Assembly (NCBI GenBank): GCA_964016885.1
Contig: OZ024744.1
Span: forward strand, 133,672,001-133,736,000
Length of the DNA: 64,000 nucleotides
Source: Eledone cirrhosa
Taxonomy: Eukaryota
Direction: 5' to 3'
The notes beneath the pieces were generated by a model. The model saw only the letters and a list, made by a program, of their open reading frames with translations, made no database searches and was not told the origin of the DNA. Within the stretch, counting starts at the first letter, position 1. Each line of letters opens with the position of its first letter. A program made the translations under genes and the position numbers. Shown here piece by piece: positions 36,090-49,199 of this stretch.

Positions 36090-39000
36090 TAAGTCGGGGT
36101 TAAGTTAAGTTGGCGTTAAGTTAAGTTAGGCTTAACTTAAGTTGGGGTTCAGTTAAGTTGGGGGTAAGTTAAGTTGGGGGTAAGTTAAGTTGGGGTTAAG
36201 TTAAGTTGCGGTTAAGTTGGGGTTAAGTTAAGTTAGGGTTAAGTTAAGTTGGGGTTGAGTTAAGTTGGGGTTAATTAAGTGGTGGTTATGTTAAGTTGGG
36301 GTTAAGTTAAGTTGGGGTTAATTTAAATTGGGGTTAAGTTAACTTTGTGGTTAATTTAAGTTGGGGTTAAGTTAAGTTGGGGTTAAGATGGGGTTGAGTT
36401 AAGTTGGGGTTGAGTGAAGTTGGGGTTAAGTTAAGTTGGGGTTAAGTTAAGTTGGGGTTAAGTTAGGTCGGGGTTAAGTTAAGTTGTGGTTGAGTTAAGT
36501 TGGGGTTAATTTAAGTTGGGGCCAAGTTAATTTGTGGTTAAGTTAAGTTGGGGTTAAGTTAAGTTGGGGTTAAGTTAAGTTGGGGTTGAGTTAAGTTGGG
36601 GTTGAGTTAATTTGGGGTTAAGTTAAGTTGGGGTTAAATTAAGTTGGGGTTAAATTAAGTTGGGGTTAAGTTACGTTGGGGGTAAGTTAAGTTGGGGGCA
36701 AGTTAAGTTGGGGTTAATTTAAGTTGGGGTTAAATTAAGTTGGGGTTACGTTAAGTTGGTGTTAAGTTAAGTTGGGGTTAATTTAAGTTGGGGTTAATTA
36801 AGTTGGGGTTAAGTTAAGTTGGGGTTAAGTTAAGTTGGGGTTAATTTAAGTTGGGGTTGAGTTAAGTTGGGGTTAAGTTAAGTTGGGGTTATATTAAGTT
36901 GGGGTTAAGTTAAGTTGGGGTTCAGTTAAGTTGGGGATAAGTTAAGTTGGGGTTAAGTTAAGTTGGGGTTAAGTTAAGGTGGGGTTAAGTTAAGTTGGTG
37001 TTAAGTTAAGTTGGGGCTAAGTTAAGTTGGGGCTGAGTTAAGTTGGGGCTGAGTTAAGTTGGGGTTAAGTTAAGTTGGGGTTGAGTTAAGTTGGGGTTAA
37101 GTTAAGTTGGGGTCAAGTTAAGTTGGGGTTAAGTTGGGGTTAAGTTAAGTTGGGGTTAAGTTAAGTTGGGGTTAAGTTAAGTCGGGGTTAAGTTAAGTTG
37201 GGGTTAAGTTAAGTTGGGGTTAAGTTAAGTTGAGGTTAAGTTAAGTTGGGGTTAAATTAAGTTGGGGTTAAGTTAAGTTGGGGTTAAGTTAAGTTGGGGT
37301 TAAGTTAAGTTGGGGATAAGTTAAGTTGGGGATAATTTAAGTTGGGGTTAAGTTAAGTTGGGTTTAAGTTAAGTTGGGGTTAAGTTAAGTTGGGGTTAAG
37401 TTGGGGTTAAGTTAAGTTGGGGTTCAGTTAAGTTGGGGTTAAGTTAAGTTGGGGTTAAGATGGGGTTAAATTAAGTTGGGGTTAAGTTAAGTTGGGGTTA
37501 AGTTAAGTTGGGGTTAAGTTAAGTTGGGGTTAAGTTAAGTCGGGGTTAAGTTAAGTCGGGGTTAAGTTAAGTTAGGGTTCAGTTAAGTTGGGGTTAAGTT
37601 AAGTTGGGGTTGAGGTAAGTTGGGGTTGAGTTAAATTGGGGTTGATTTAAGTTGGGGTTGAGTTAAGTTGGTGTTGAGTTAAGTTGGGGTTAAGTTAAGT
37701 TGGGGTTAAGTTAAGTTGGGGTTAATTTAAGTTGGGGTTCAGTTAAGTTGGGGTTCAGTTAAGTTGGGGATAAGTTAAGTTGGGGCTGAGTTAAGTTGGG
37801 GCTGAGTTAAGTTGGGGTTAAGTTAAGTTGGGGTTAAGTTAAGTTGGGGTTAAGTTAAGTTGGGGTTGAGTTAAGTTGGGGTTAAGTTAAGTTGGGGTCA
37901 AGTTAAGTTGGGGTTAAGTTGGGGTTAAGTTAAGTTAGGTTTAAGTTAAGTTGGGGTTAAGTTAAATTGGGGTTACGTTAAGTTGGTGTTAAGTTAAGTT
38001 GGGGTTAATTTAAGTTGGGGTTAATTAAGTTGGGGTTAAGTTAAGTTGGGGATAAGTTAAGTTGGGGTTAATTTAAGTTGGGGTTGAGTTAAGTTGGGGT
38101 TAAGTTAAGTTGGGGTTATATTAAGTTGGGGTTAAGTTAAGTTGGGGTTCAGTTAAGTTGGGGATAAGTTAAGTTGGGGTTAAGTTAAGTTGGGGTTAAG
38201 TTAAGTTGGGGTTATATTAAGTTGGGGTTAAGTTAAGTTGGGGTTCAGTTAAGTTGGGGATAAGTTAAGTTGGGGTTAAGTTAAGTTGGGGTTAAGTTAA
38301 GGTGGGGTTAAGTTAAGTTGGTGTTAAGTTAAGTTGGGGCTAAGTTAAGTTGGGGCTGAGTTAAGTTGGGGCTGAGTTAAGTTGGGGTTAAGTTAAGTTG
38401 GGGTTGAGTTAAGTTGGGGTTAAGTTAAGTTGGGGTCAAGTTAAGTTGGGGTTAAGTTGGGGTTAAGTTAAGTTGGGGTTAAGTTAAGTTGGGGTTAAGT
38501 CGGGGTTAAGTTAAGTTGGGGTTAAGTTAAGTTGGGGTTAATTTAAGTTGGGGTTAAGTTAAGTTGGGGTTAAGTTAAGTTGGGGTTAAGTTAAGATGGG
38601 GTTAAGTTAAGTTGGGGTTAAGTTAAGTTGGGGTTAAATTAAGTTGGGGTTAAGTTAAGTTGGGGTTAAGTTAAGTTGGGGTTAAGTTAAGTTGGGGATA
38701 AGTTAATTTGGGGATAATTTAAGTTGGGGTTAAGTTAAGTTGGGTTTAAGTTAAGTTGGGGTTAAGTTAAGTTGGGGTTAAGTTAAGTTGGGGTTAAGTT
38801 AAGTTGGGGTTAAGTTAAGTTGGGGTTAAGTTAAGTTGGGGCTAAGTTAAGTTGGGGTTAAGTTAAGTTGGGGTTAAGTTAAGTTGGGGTTAAGTTAAGT
38901 TGGGGTTTATTTAAGTTGGGGTTAATTTAAGTTGGGGTTCAGTTAAGTTGGGGTTAAGTTAAGTTGGGGTTAAGATGGGGTTAAATTAAGTTGGGGTTAA

Positions 39001-41410
39001 GTTAAGTTGGGGTTAAGTTAAGTTGGGGTTAAGTTAAGTTGGGGTTAAGTTAAGTCGGGGTTAAGTTAAGTCGGGGTTAAGTTAAGTTAGGGTTCAGTTA
39101 AGTTGGGGTTAAGTTAAGTTGGGGTTGAGTTAAGTTGGGGTTGAGTTAAATTGGGGTTGAGTTAAGTTGGGGTTGAGTTAGGTTGGTGTTGAGTTAAGTT
39201 GGGGTTAAGTTAAGTTGGGGTTAAGTTAAGTTGGGGTTAATTTAAGTTGGGGTTCAGTTAAGTTGGGGTTCAGTTAAGTTGGGGATAAGTTAAGTTGGGG
39301 TTAAGTTAAGTTGGGGTTAAGTTAAGTTGGGGTTAAGTTAAGTTGGTGTTAAGTTAAGTTGGGGCTAAGTTAAGTTGGGGCTGAGTTAAGTTGGGGCTGA
39401 GTTAAGTTGGGGTTAAGTTAAGTTGGGGTTGAGTTAAGTTGGGGTTAAGTTAAGTTGGGGTCAAGTTAAGTTGGGGTTAAGTTGGGGTTAAGTTAAGTTA
39501 GGTTTAAGTTAAGTTGGGGTTAAGTTAAGTTGGGGTTACGTTAAGTTGGTGTTAAGTTAAGTTGGGGTTAATTTAAGTTGGGGTTAATTAAGTTGGGGTT
39601 AAGTTAAGTTGGGGTTAAGTTAAGTTGGGGTTAATTTAAGTTGGGGTTGAGTTAAGTTGGGGTTAAGTTAAGTTGGGGTTATATTAAGTTGGGGTTAAGT
39701 TAAGTTGGGGTTCAGTTAAGTTGGGGATAAGTTAAGTTGGGGTTAAGTTAAGTTGGGGTTAAGTTAAGTTGGGGTTAAGTTAAGTTGGTGTTAAGTTAAG
39801 TTGGGGCTAAGTTAAGTTGGGGCTGAGTTAAGTTGGGGCTGAGTTAAGTTGGGGTTAAGTTAAGTTGGGGTTGAGTTAAGTTGGGGTTAAGTTAAGTTGG
39901 GGTTAAGTTGGGGTTAAGTTAAGTTGGTGTTAAGTTAAGTTGGGGCTAAGTTAAGTTGGGGCTGAGTTAAGTTGGGGCTGAGTGAAGTTGGGGTTAAGTT
40001 AAGTTGGGGTTGAGTTAAGTTGGGGTTAAGTTAAGTTGGGGTCAAGTTAAGTTGGGGTTAAGTTGGGGTTAAGTTAAGTTAGGTTTAAGTTAAGTTGGGG
40101 TTAAGTTAAGTTGGGGTTAAGTTAAGTTGGGGTTAAGTTAAGTTGGGGTTAAGTTAAGTTGGGGTTAAGTTAATTTGTGGTTAAGTTAAGTTGGGGTTAA
40201 GTTAAGTTGGGGTTAAGTTAAGTTGGGGTTAATTTAAGTCGGGGTTAAGTTAAGTTGGGGTTAAGTTAAGTTGGGGTTAATTTAAGTTGGGGTTAAGTTA
40301 AGTTGGGGCTAATTTAAGTTGGGGTTAAGTTAAGTTGGGGTTAAGTTAAGTTGGGGTTAAGTTAAGTTGAGGTTAAGTTAAGTTGGGGTTAAATTAAGTT
40401 GGGGTTAAGTTAAGTTGGGGTTAAGTTAAGTTGGGGTTAAGTTAAGTTGGGGATAAGTTAAGTTGGGGATAGTTTAAGTTGGGGTTAAGTTAAGTTGGGT
40501 TTAAGTTAAGTTGGGGTTAAGTTAAGTTGGGGATAAGTTAAGTTGGGGTTAAGTTAAGTTGGGGTTAAGTTAAGTTGGGGTTAAGTTAAGTTGGGGCTAA
40601 GTTAAGTTGGGGCTGAGTTAAGTTGGGGTTAAGTTAAGTTGGGGTTAAGTTAAGTTGGGGTTAATTTAAGTTGGGGTTTATTTAAGATGGGGTTATGTTA
40701 AGTTGGTGTTAAGTTAAGTTGGGGTTAATTTAAGTTGGGGTTAATTAAGTTGGGGTTAAGTTAAGTTGGGGTTAAGTTAAGTTAGGGCTAAGTTAAGTTG
40801 GGGCTGAGTTAAGTTGGGGTTAAGTTAAGTTGGGCTTAATTTAAGTCGGGGTTAAGTTAAGTTAGGGTTCAGTTAAGTTGGGGTTAAGTTAAGTTGGGGT
40901 TGAGTTAAGTTGGGGTTGAGTTAAATTGGGGTTGAGTTAAGTTGGGGTTGAGTTAAGTTGGTGTTGAGTTAAGTTGGGGTTAAGTTAAGTTGGGGTTAAG
41001 TTAAGTTGCAGTTAAGTTAAGTTGAGGTTAAGTTAAGGTGCGGTTATGTTAAGTTGGGGTTAAGTTAAGTTGGGGCTAAGTTAAGTTGGGGCTAAGTTAA
41101 GTTGGGGCTAAGTTAAGTTGGGGTTAAGTTAAGTTGGGGTTAAGTTAAGTCGGGGTTAAGTTAAGTTGGGGTTAAGTTAAGTTGGGGTTAATTTAAGTTG
41201 GGGTTAAGTTAAGTTGGGGTTAAGTTAAGTTGGGGTTAAGTTAAGTTGGGGTTAAGTTAAGTTGGGGTTAAGTTAAGTTGGTTAGTTAAGTTGAGTTTAA
41301 GTTAAGTTGGGGTTAATTTAAGTTGGGGTTAAGTTATGTTGGGGTTAAGTTAAGTTGGGGTTAAGTTAAGTTGGGGTTAAGTTAAGTTGGGGTTAAGTTA
41401 AGTTGGGGTT

Positions 41411-41583
41411 AACCCCAACTTAACTTAACCCCAACTTCACTCAACCCCAACGTAACTCAACCCCAACTTAACTTAACCCCAACTTCACTCAACCCCAACT
41501 TAACTTAACCCCAACTTCACTCAACCACAACTTCCAACTTGACTTAACCCCAACTTAACTTAGCCCCAACTTAACTTAAGCCC
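41411..41583 (-). repeat. Inverted 173-bp satellite block copy 6
   Basis: Junction at 41410/41411; AACGTAACTC variant. Confidence 0.95.
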
Positions 41584-44500
41584 TAAGTCGGGGTTAAGTT
41601 AAGTTGGCGTTAAGTTAAGTTAGGCTTAACTTAAGTTGGGGTTCAGTTAAGTTGGGGGTAAGTTAAGTTGGGGGTAAGTTAAGTTGGGGTTAAGTTAAGT
41701 TGCGGTTAAGTTGGGGTTAAGTTAAGTTAGGGTTAAGTTAAGTTGGGGTTGAGTTAAGTTGGGGTTAATTAAGTGGTGGTTATGTTAAGTTGGGGTTAAG
41801 TTAAGTTGGGGTTAATTTAAATTGGGGTTAAGTTAACTTTGTGGTTAATTTAAGTTGGGGTTAAGTTAAGTTGGGGTTAAGATGGGGTTGAGTTAAGTTG
41901 GGGTTGAGTGAAGTTGGGGTTAAGTTAAGTTGGGGTTAAGTTAAGTTGGGGTTAAGTTAGGTCGGGGTTAAGTTAAGTTGTGGTTGAGTTAAGTTGGGGT
42001 TAATTTAAGTTGGGGCCAAGTTAATTTGTGGTTAAGTTAAGTTGGGGTTAAGTTAAGTTGGGGTTAAGTTAAGTTGGGGTTGAGTTAAGTTGGGGTTGAG
42101 TTAATTTGGGGTTAAGTTAAGTTGGGGTTAAATTAAGTTGGGGTTAAATTAAGTTGGGGTTAAGTTACGTTGGGGGTAAGTTAAGTTGGGGGCAAGTTAA
42201 GTTGGGGTTAATTTAAGTTGGGGTTAAATTAAGTTGGGGTTACGTTAAGTTGGTGTTAAGTTAAGTTGGGGTTAATTTAAGTTGGGGTTAATTAAGTTGG
42301 GGTTAAGTTAAGTTGGGGTTAAGTTAAGTTGGGGTTAATTTAAGTTGGGGTTGAGTTAAGTTGGGGTTAAGTTAAGTTGGGGTTATATTAAGTTGGGGTT
42401 AAGTTAAGTTGGGGTTCAGTTAAGTTGGGGATAAGTTAAGTTGGGGTTAAGTTAAGTTGGGGTTAAGTTAAGGTGGGGTTAAGTTAAGTTGGTGTTAAGT
42501 TAAGTTGGGGCTAAGTTAAGTTGGGGCTGAGTTAAGTTGGGGCTGAGTTAAGTTGGGGTTAAGTTAAGTTGGGGTTGAGTTAAGTTGGGGTTAAGTTAAG
42601 TTGGGGTCAAGTTAAGTTGGGGTTAAGTTGGGGTTAAGTTAAGTTGGGGTTAAGTTAAGTTGGGGTTAAGTTAAGTCGGGGTTAAGTTAAGTTGGGGTTA
42701 AGTTAAGTTGGGGTTAAGTTAAGTTGAGGTTAAGTTAAGTTGGGGTTAAATTAAGTTGGGGTTAAGTTAAGTTGGGGTTAAGTTAAGTTGGGGTTAAGTT
42801 AAGTTGGGGATAAGTTAAGTTGGGGATAATTTAAGTTGGGGTTAAGTTAAGTTGGGTTTAAGTTAAGTTGGGGTTAAGTTAAGTTGGGGTTAAGTTGGGG
42901 TTAAGTTAAGTTGGGGTTCAGTTAAGTTGGGGTTAAGTTAAGTTGGGGTTAAGATGGGGTTAAATTAAGTTGGGGTTAAGTTAAGTTGGGGTTAAGTTAA
43001 GTTGGGGTTAAGTTAAGTTGGGGTTAAGTTAAGTCGGGGTTAAGTTAAGTCGGGGTTAAGTTAAGTTAGGGTTCAGTTAAGTTGGGGTTAAGTTAAGTTG
43101 GGGTTGAGTTAAGTTGGGGTTGAGTTAAATTGGGGTTGATTTAAGTTGGGGTTGAGTTAAGTTGGTGTTGAGTTAAGTTGGGGTTAAGTTAAGTTGGGGT
43201 TAAGTTAAGTTGGGGTTAATTTAAGTTGGGGTTCAGTTAAGTTGGGGTTCAGTTAAGTTGGGGATAAGTTAAGTTGGGGCTGAGTTAAGTTGGGGCTGAG
43301 TTAAGTTGGGGTTAAGTTAAGTTGGGGTTGAGTTAAGTTGGGGTTAAGTTAAGTCGGGGTCAAGTTAAGTTGGGGTTAAGTTGGGGTTAAGTTAAGTTAG
43401 GTTTAAGTTAAGTTGGGGTTAAGTTAAATTGGGGTTACGTTAAGTTGGTGTTAAGTTAAGTTGGGGTTAATTTAAGTTGGGGTTAATTAAGTTGGGGTTA
43501 AGTTAAGTTGGGGATAAGTTAAGTTGGGGTTAATTTAAGTTGGGGTTGAGTTAAGTTGGGGTTAAGTTAAGTTGGGGTTATATTAAGTTGGGGTTAAGTT
43601 AAGTTGGGGTTCAGTTAAGTTGGGGATAAGTTAAGTTGGGGTTAAGTTAAGTTGGGGTTAAGTTAAGTTGGGGTTAAGTTAAGTTGGTGTTAAGTTAAGT
43701 TGTGGCTAAGTTAAGTTGGGGCTGAGTTAAGTTGGGGCTGAGTTAAGTTGGGGTTAAGTTAAGTTGGGGTTGAGTTAAGTTGGGGTTAAGTTAAGTTGGG
43801 GTCAAGTTAAATTGGGGTTAAGTTGGGGTTAAGTTAGGTTAGGTTTAAGTTAAGTTGGGGTTAAGTTAAGTTGGGGTTAAGTTAAGTTGGGGTTAAGTTA
43901 AGTTGGGGTTAAGTTAATTTGTGGTTAAGTTAAGTTGGGGTTAAGTTAAGTTGGGGTTAAGTTAAGTTGGGGTTAAGTTAAGTCGGGGTTAAGTTAAGTT
44001 GGGGTTAAGTTAAGTTGGGGTTAATTTAAGTTGGGGTTAAGTTAAGTTGGGGTTAAGTTAAGTTGGGGTTAAGTTAAGATGGGGTTAAGTTAAGTTGGGG
44101 TTAAGTTAAGTTGAGGTTAAGTTAAGTTGGGGTCAAGTTAAGTTGGGGTTAAGTTGGGGTTAAGTTAAGTTAGGTTTAAGTTAAGTTGGGGTTAAGTTAA
44201 GTTGGGGTTAAGTTAAGTTGGGGTTAAGTTAAGTTGGGGCTAAGTTAAGTTGGGGCTGAGTTAAGTTGGGGTTAAGTTAAGTTGGGGTTAAGTTAAGTTG
44301 GGGTTAATTTAAGTTGGGGTTTATTTAAGTTGGGGTTACGTTAAGTTGGTGTTAAGTTAAGTTGGGGTTAATTTAAGTTGGGGTTAATTAAGTTGGGGTT
44401 AAGTTAAGTGGGGGATAAGTTAAGTTGGGGTTAATTTAAGTTGGGGTTGAGTTAAGTTGGGGTTAAGTTAAGTTGGGGTTATATTGAGTTGGGGTTAAGT

Positions 44501-45369
44501 TAAGTTGGGGTTCAGTTAAGTTGGGGATAAGTTAAGTTGGGGTTAAGTTAAGTTGGGGTTAAGTTAAGTTGGGGTTAAGTTAAGTTGGTGTTAAGTTAAG
44601 TTGTGGCTAAGTTAAGTTGGGGCTGAGTTAAGTTGGGGCTGAGTTAAGTTGGGGTTAAGTTAAGTTGGGGTTGAGTTAAGTTGGGGTTAAGTTAAGTTGG
44701 GGTCAAGTTAAGTTGGGGTTAAGTTGGGGTTAAGTTAAGTTAGGTTTAAGTTAAGTTGGGGTTAAGTTAAGTTGGGGTTAAGTTAAGTTGGGGTTAAGTT
44801 AAGTTGGGGTTAAGTTAAGTTGGGGTTAAGTTAATTTGTGGTTAAGTTAAGTTGGGGTTAAGTTAAGTTGGGATTAAGTTAAGTTGGGGTTAAGTTAAGT
44901 CGGGTTTAATTTAAGTTGGGGTTAAGTTAAGTTGGGGTTAATTTAAGTTGGGGTTAAGTTAAGTTGGGGTTAAGTTAAGTTGGGGTTAAGTTAAGATGGG
45001 GTTAAGTTAAGTTGGGGTTAAGTTAAGTTGAGGTTAAGTTAAGTTGGGGTTAAATTAAGTTGGGGTTACGTTAAGTTGGTGTTAAGTTAAGTTGGGGTTA
45101 AGTTAAGTTGGGGTTAAGTTAAGTTGGGGTTAAGTTAAGTTGGGGCTAAGTTAAGTTGGGGCTGAGTTAAGTTGGGGTTAAGTTAAGTTGGGGTTAAGTT
45201 AAGTTGGGGTTAAGTTAAGTTGGGGTTTATTTAAGTTGGGGTTAAATTCAGTTGGGGTTCAGTTAAGTTGGGGTTAAGATAAGTTGGGGTTAAGATGGGG
45301 TTAAATTAAGTTGGGGTTAAGTTAAGTTGGGGTTAAGTTAAGTTGGGGTTAAGTTAAGTTGGGGTTAAG

Positions 45370-45980
45370 TTAAGTCGGGGTTAAGTTAAGTCGGGGTTAA
45401 GTTAAGTTAGGGTTCAGTTAAGTTGGGGTTAAGTTAAGTTGGGGTTGAGTTAAGTTGGGGTTGAGTTAAATTGGGGTTGAGTTAAGTTGGGGTTGAGTTA
45501 AGTTGGTGTTGAGTTAAGTTGGGGTTAAGTTAAGTTGGGGTTAAGTTAAGTTGCAGTTAAGTTAAGTTGAGGTTAAGTTAAGGTGCGGTTATGTTAAGTT
45601 GGGGTTAAGTTAAGTTAGGGCTAAGTTAAGTTGGGGCTAAGTTAAGTTGGGGCTAAGTTAAGTTGGGGTTAAGTTAAGTTGGGCTTAATTTAAGTCGGGG
45701 TTAAGTTAAGTTAGGGTTCAGTTAAGTTGGGGTTAAGTTAAGTTGGGGTTGAGTTAAGTTGGGGTTGAGTTAAATTGGGGTTGAGTTAAGTTGGGGTTGA
45801 GTTAAGTTGGTGTTGAGTTAAGTTGGGGTTAAGTTAAGTTGGGGTTAAGTTAAGTTGCAGTTAAGTTAAGTTGAGGTTAAGTTAAGGTGCGGTTATGTTA
45901 AGTTGGGGTTAAGTTAAGTTGGGGCTAAGTTAAGTTGGGGCTAAGTTAAGTTGGGGCTAAGTTAAGTTGGGGTTAAGTTA
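45370..45980 (+). repeat. Short tandem duplication, period 304 bp (19 monomers)
   Basis: The otherwise once-per-HOR TTGCAG...GGTGCGG markers occur twice (GCAG at 45553 and 45857). Confidence 0.75.
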
Positions 45981-46259
45981 AGTTGGGGTTAAGTTAAGTC
46001 GGGGTTAAGTTAAGTTGGGGTTAAGTTAAGTTGGGGTTAATTTAAGTTGGGGTTAAGTTAAGTTGGGGTTAAGTTAAGTTGGGGTTAAGTTAAGTTGGGG
46101 TTAAGTTAAGTTGGGGTTAAGTTAAGTTGGTTAGTTAAGTTGAGTTTAAGTTAAGTTGGGGTTAATTTAAGTTGGGGTTAAGTTATGTTGGGGTTAAGTT
46201 AAGTTGGGGTTAAGTTAAGTTGGGGTTAAGTTAAGTTGGGGTTAAGTTAAGTTGGGGTT

Positions 46260-46432
46260 AACCCCAACTTAACTTAACCCCAACTTCACTCAACCCCAAC
46301 GTAACTCAACCCCAACTTAACTTAACCCCAACTTCACTCAACCCCAACTTAACTTAACCCCAACTTCACTCAACCACAACTTCCAACTTGACTTAACCCC
46401 AACTTAACTTAGCCCCAACTTAACTTAAGCCC
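46260..46432 (-). repeat. Inverted 173-bp satellite block copy 7
   Basis: Junction at 46259/46260; AACGTAACTC variant. Confidence 0.95.
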
Positions 46433-49199
46433 TAAGTCGGGGTTAAGTTAAGTTGGCGTTAAGTGAAGTTAGGCTTAACTTAAGTTGGGGTTCAGTTAAG
46501 TTGGGGGGTAAGTTAAGTTGGGGGTAAGTTAAGTTGGGGTTAAGTTAAGTTGCGGTTAAGTTGGGGTTAAGTTAAGTTAGGGTTAAGTTAAGTTGGGGTT
46601 GAGTTAAGTTGGGGTTAATTAAGTGGTGGTTATGTTAAGTTGGGGTTAAGTTAAGTTGGGGTTAATTTAAATTGGGGTTAAGTTAACTTTGTGGTTAATT
46701 TAAGTTGGGGTTAAGTTAAGTTGGGGTTAAGTTGGGGTTGAGTTAAGTTGGGGTTGAGTGAAGTTGGGGTTAAGTTAAGTTGGGGTTAAGTTAAGTTGGG
46801 GTTAAGTTAGGTCGGGGTTAAGTTAAGTTGTGGTTGAGTTAAGTTGGGGTTAATTTAAGTTGGGGCTAAGTTAATTTGTGGTTAAGTTAAGTTGGGGTTA
46901 AGTTAAGTTGGGGTTAAGTTAAGTTGGGGTTGAGTTAAGTTGGGGTTGAGTTAATTTGGGGTTAAGTTAAGTTGGGGTTAAATTAAGTTGGGGTTAAATT
47001 AAGTTGGGGTTAAGTTACGTTGGGGGTAAGTTAAGTTGGGGGCAAGTTAAGTTGGGGTTAATTTAAGTTGGGGTTAAATTAAGTTGGGGTTACGTTAAGT
47101 TGGTGTTAAGTTAAGTTGGGGTTAATTTAAGTTGGGGTTAATTAAGTTGGGGTTAAGTTAAGTTGGGGTTAAGTTAAGTTGGGGTTAATTTAAGTTGGGG
47201 TTATATTAAGTTGGGGTTAAGTTAAGTTGGGGTTCAGTTAAGTTGGGGATAAGTTAAGTTGGGGTTAAGTTAAGTTGGGGTTAAGTTAAGGTGGGGTTAA
47301 GTTAAGTTGGTGTTAAGTTAAGTTGGGGCTAAGTTAAGTTGGGGCTGAGTTAAGTTGGGGCTGAGTTAAGTTGGGGTTAAGTTAAGTTGGGGTTGAGTTA
47401 AGTTGGGGTTAAGTTAAGTTGGGGTCAAGTTAAGTTGGGGTTAAGTTGGGGTTAAGTTAAGTTGGGGTTAAGTTAAGTTGGGGTTAAGTTAAGTCGGGGT
47501 TAAGTTAAGTTGGGGTTAAGTTAAGTTGGGGTTAATTTAAGTTGGGGTTAAGTTAAGTTGGGGTTAAGTTAAGTTGGGGTTAAGTTAAGATGGGGTTAAG
47601 TTAAGTTGGGGTTAAGTTAAGTTGAGGTTAAGTTAAGTTGGGGTTAAATTAAGTTGGGGTTAAGTTAAGTTGGGGTTAAGTTAAGTTGGGGTTAAGTTAA
47701 GTTGGGGATAAGTTAAGTTGGGGATAATTTAAGTTGGGGTTAAGTTAAGTTGGGTTTAAGTTAAGTTGGGGTTAAGTTAAGTTGGGGTTAAGTTAAGTTG
47801 GGGTTGAGTTAAGTTGGGGTTAATTAAGTGGTGGTTATGTTAAGTTGGGGTTAAGTTAAGTTGGGGTTAATTTAAATTGGGGTTAAGTTAACTTTGTGGT
47901 TAATTTAAGTTGGGGTTAAGTTAAGTTGGGGTTAAGTTGGGGTTGAGTTAAGTTGAGGTTGAGTGAAGTTGGGGTTAAGTTAAGTTGGGGTTAAGTTAGG
48001 TCGGGGTTAAGTTAAGTTGTGGTTGAGTTAAGTTGGGGTTAATTTAAGTTGGGGCTAAGTTAATTTGTGGTTAAGTTAAGTTGGGGTTAAGTTAAGTTGG
48101 GGTTAAGTTAAGTTGGGGTTGAGTTAAGTTGGGGTTGAGTTAATTTGGGGTTAAGTTAAGTTGGGGTTAAATTAAGTTGGGGTTAAATTAAGTTGGGGTT
48201 AAGTTACGTTGGGGGTAAGTTAAGTTGGGGGCAAGTTAAGTTGGGGTTAATTTAAGTTGGGGTTAAATTAAGTTGGGGTTACGTTAAGTTGGTGTTAAGT
48301 TAAGTTGGGGTTAATTCAAGTTGGGGTTAATTAAGTTGGGGTTAACTTAAGTTGGGGTTAAGTTAAGTTGGGGTTAATTTAAGTTGGGGTTGAGTTAAGT
48401 TGGGGTTAAGTTAAGTTGGGGTTATATTAAGTTGGGGTTAAGTTAAGTTGGGGTTCAGTTAAGTTGGGGATAAGTTAAGTTGGGGTTAAGTTAAGTTGGG
48501 GTTAAGTTAAGGTGGGGTTAAGTTAAGTTGGTGTTAAGTTAAGTTGGGGCTAAGTTAAGTTGGGGCTGAGTTAAGTTGGGGCTGAGTTAAGTTGGGGTTA
48601 AGTTAAGTTGGGGTTGAGTTAAGTTGGGGTTAAGTTAAGTTGGGGTCAAGTTAAGTTGGGGTTAAGTTGGGGTTAAGTTAAGTTGGGGTTAAGTTAAGTT
48701 GGGGTTAAGTTAAGTCGGGGTTAAGTTAAGTTGGGGTTAAGTTAAGTTGGGGTTAATTTAAGTTGGGGTTAAGTTAAGTTGGGGTTAAGTTAAGTTGGGG
48801 TTAAGTTAAGATGGGGTTAAGTTAAGTTGGGGTTAAGTTAAGTTGAGGTTAAGTTAAGTTGGGGTTAAATTAAGTTGGGGTTAAGTTAAGTTGGGGTTAA
48901 GTTAAGTTGGGGTTAAGTTAAGTTGGGGATAAGTTAAGTTGGGGATAATTTAAGTTGGGGTTAAGTTAAGTTGGGTTTAAGTTAAATTGGGGTTAAGTTA
49001 AGTTGGGGTTAAGTTAAGTTGGGGTTAAGTTAAGTTGGGGTTAAGTTAAGTTGGGGTTAAGTTAAGTTGGGGCTAAGTTAAGTTGGGGCTGAGTTAAGTT
49101 GGGGTTAAGTTAAGTTGGGGTTAAGTTAAGTTGGGGTTAAGTTAAGTTGGGGTTTATTTAAGTTGGGGTTAATTTAAGTTGGGGTTCAGTTAAGTTGGG

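Larger units (their letters stand above)
32730..43690 (+). repeat. Tandem duplication, period ~5494 bp, junction near 38210
   Basis: Inverted blocks at 35917 and 41411; private CCAAG variant at 36522 and 42016; AAGATGGGGTTGAG and GGGGTTGATTTAAG present in both copies. Confidence 0.8.
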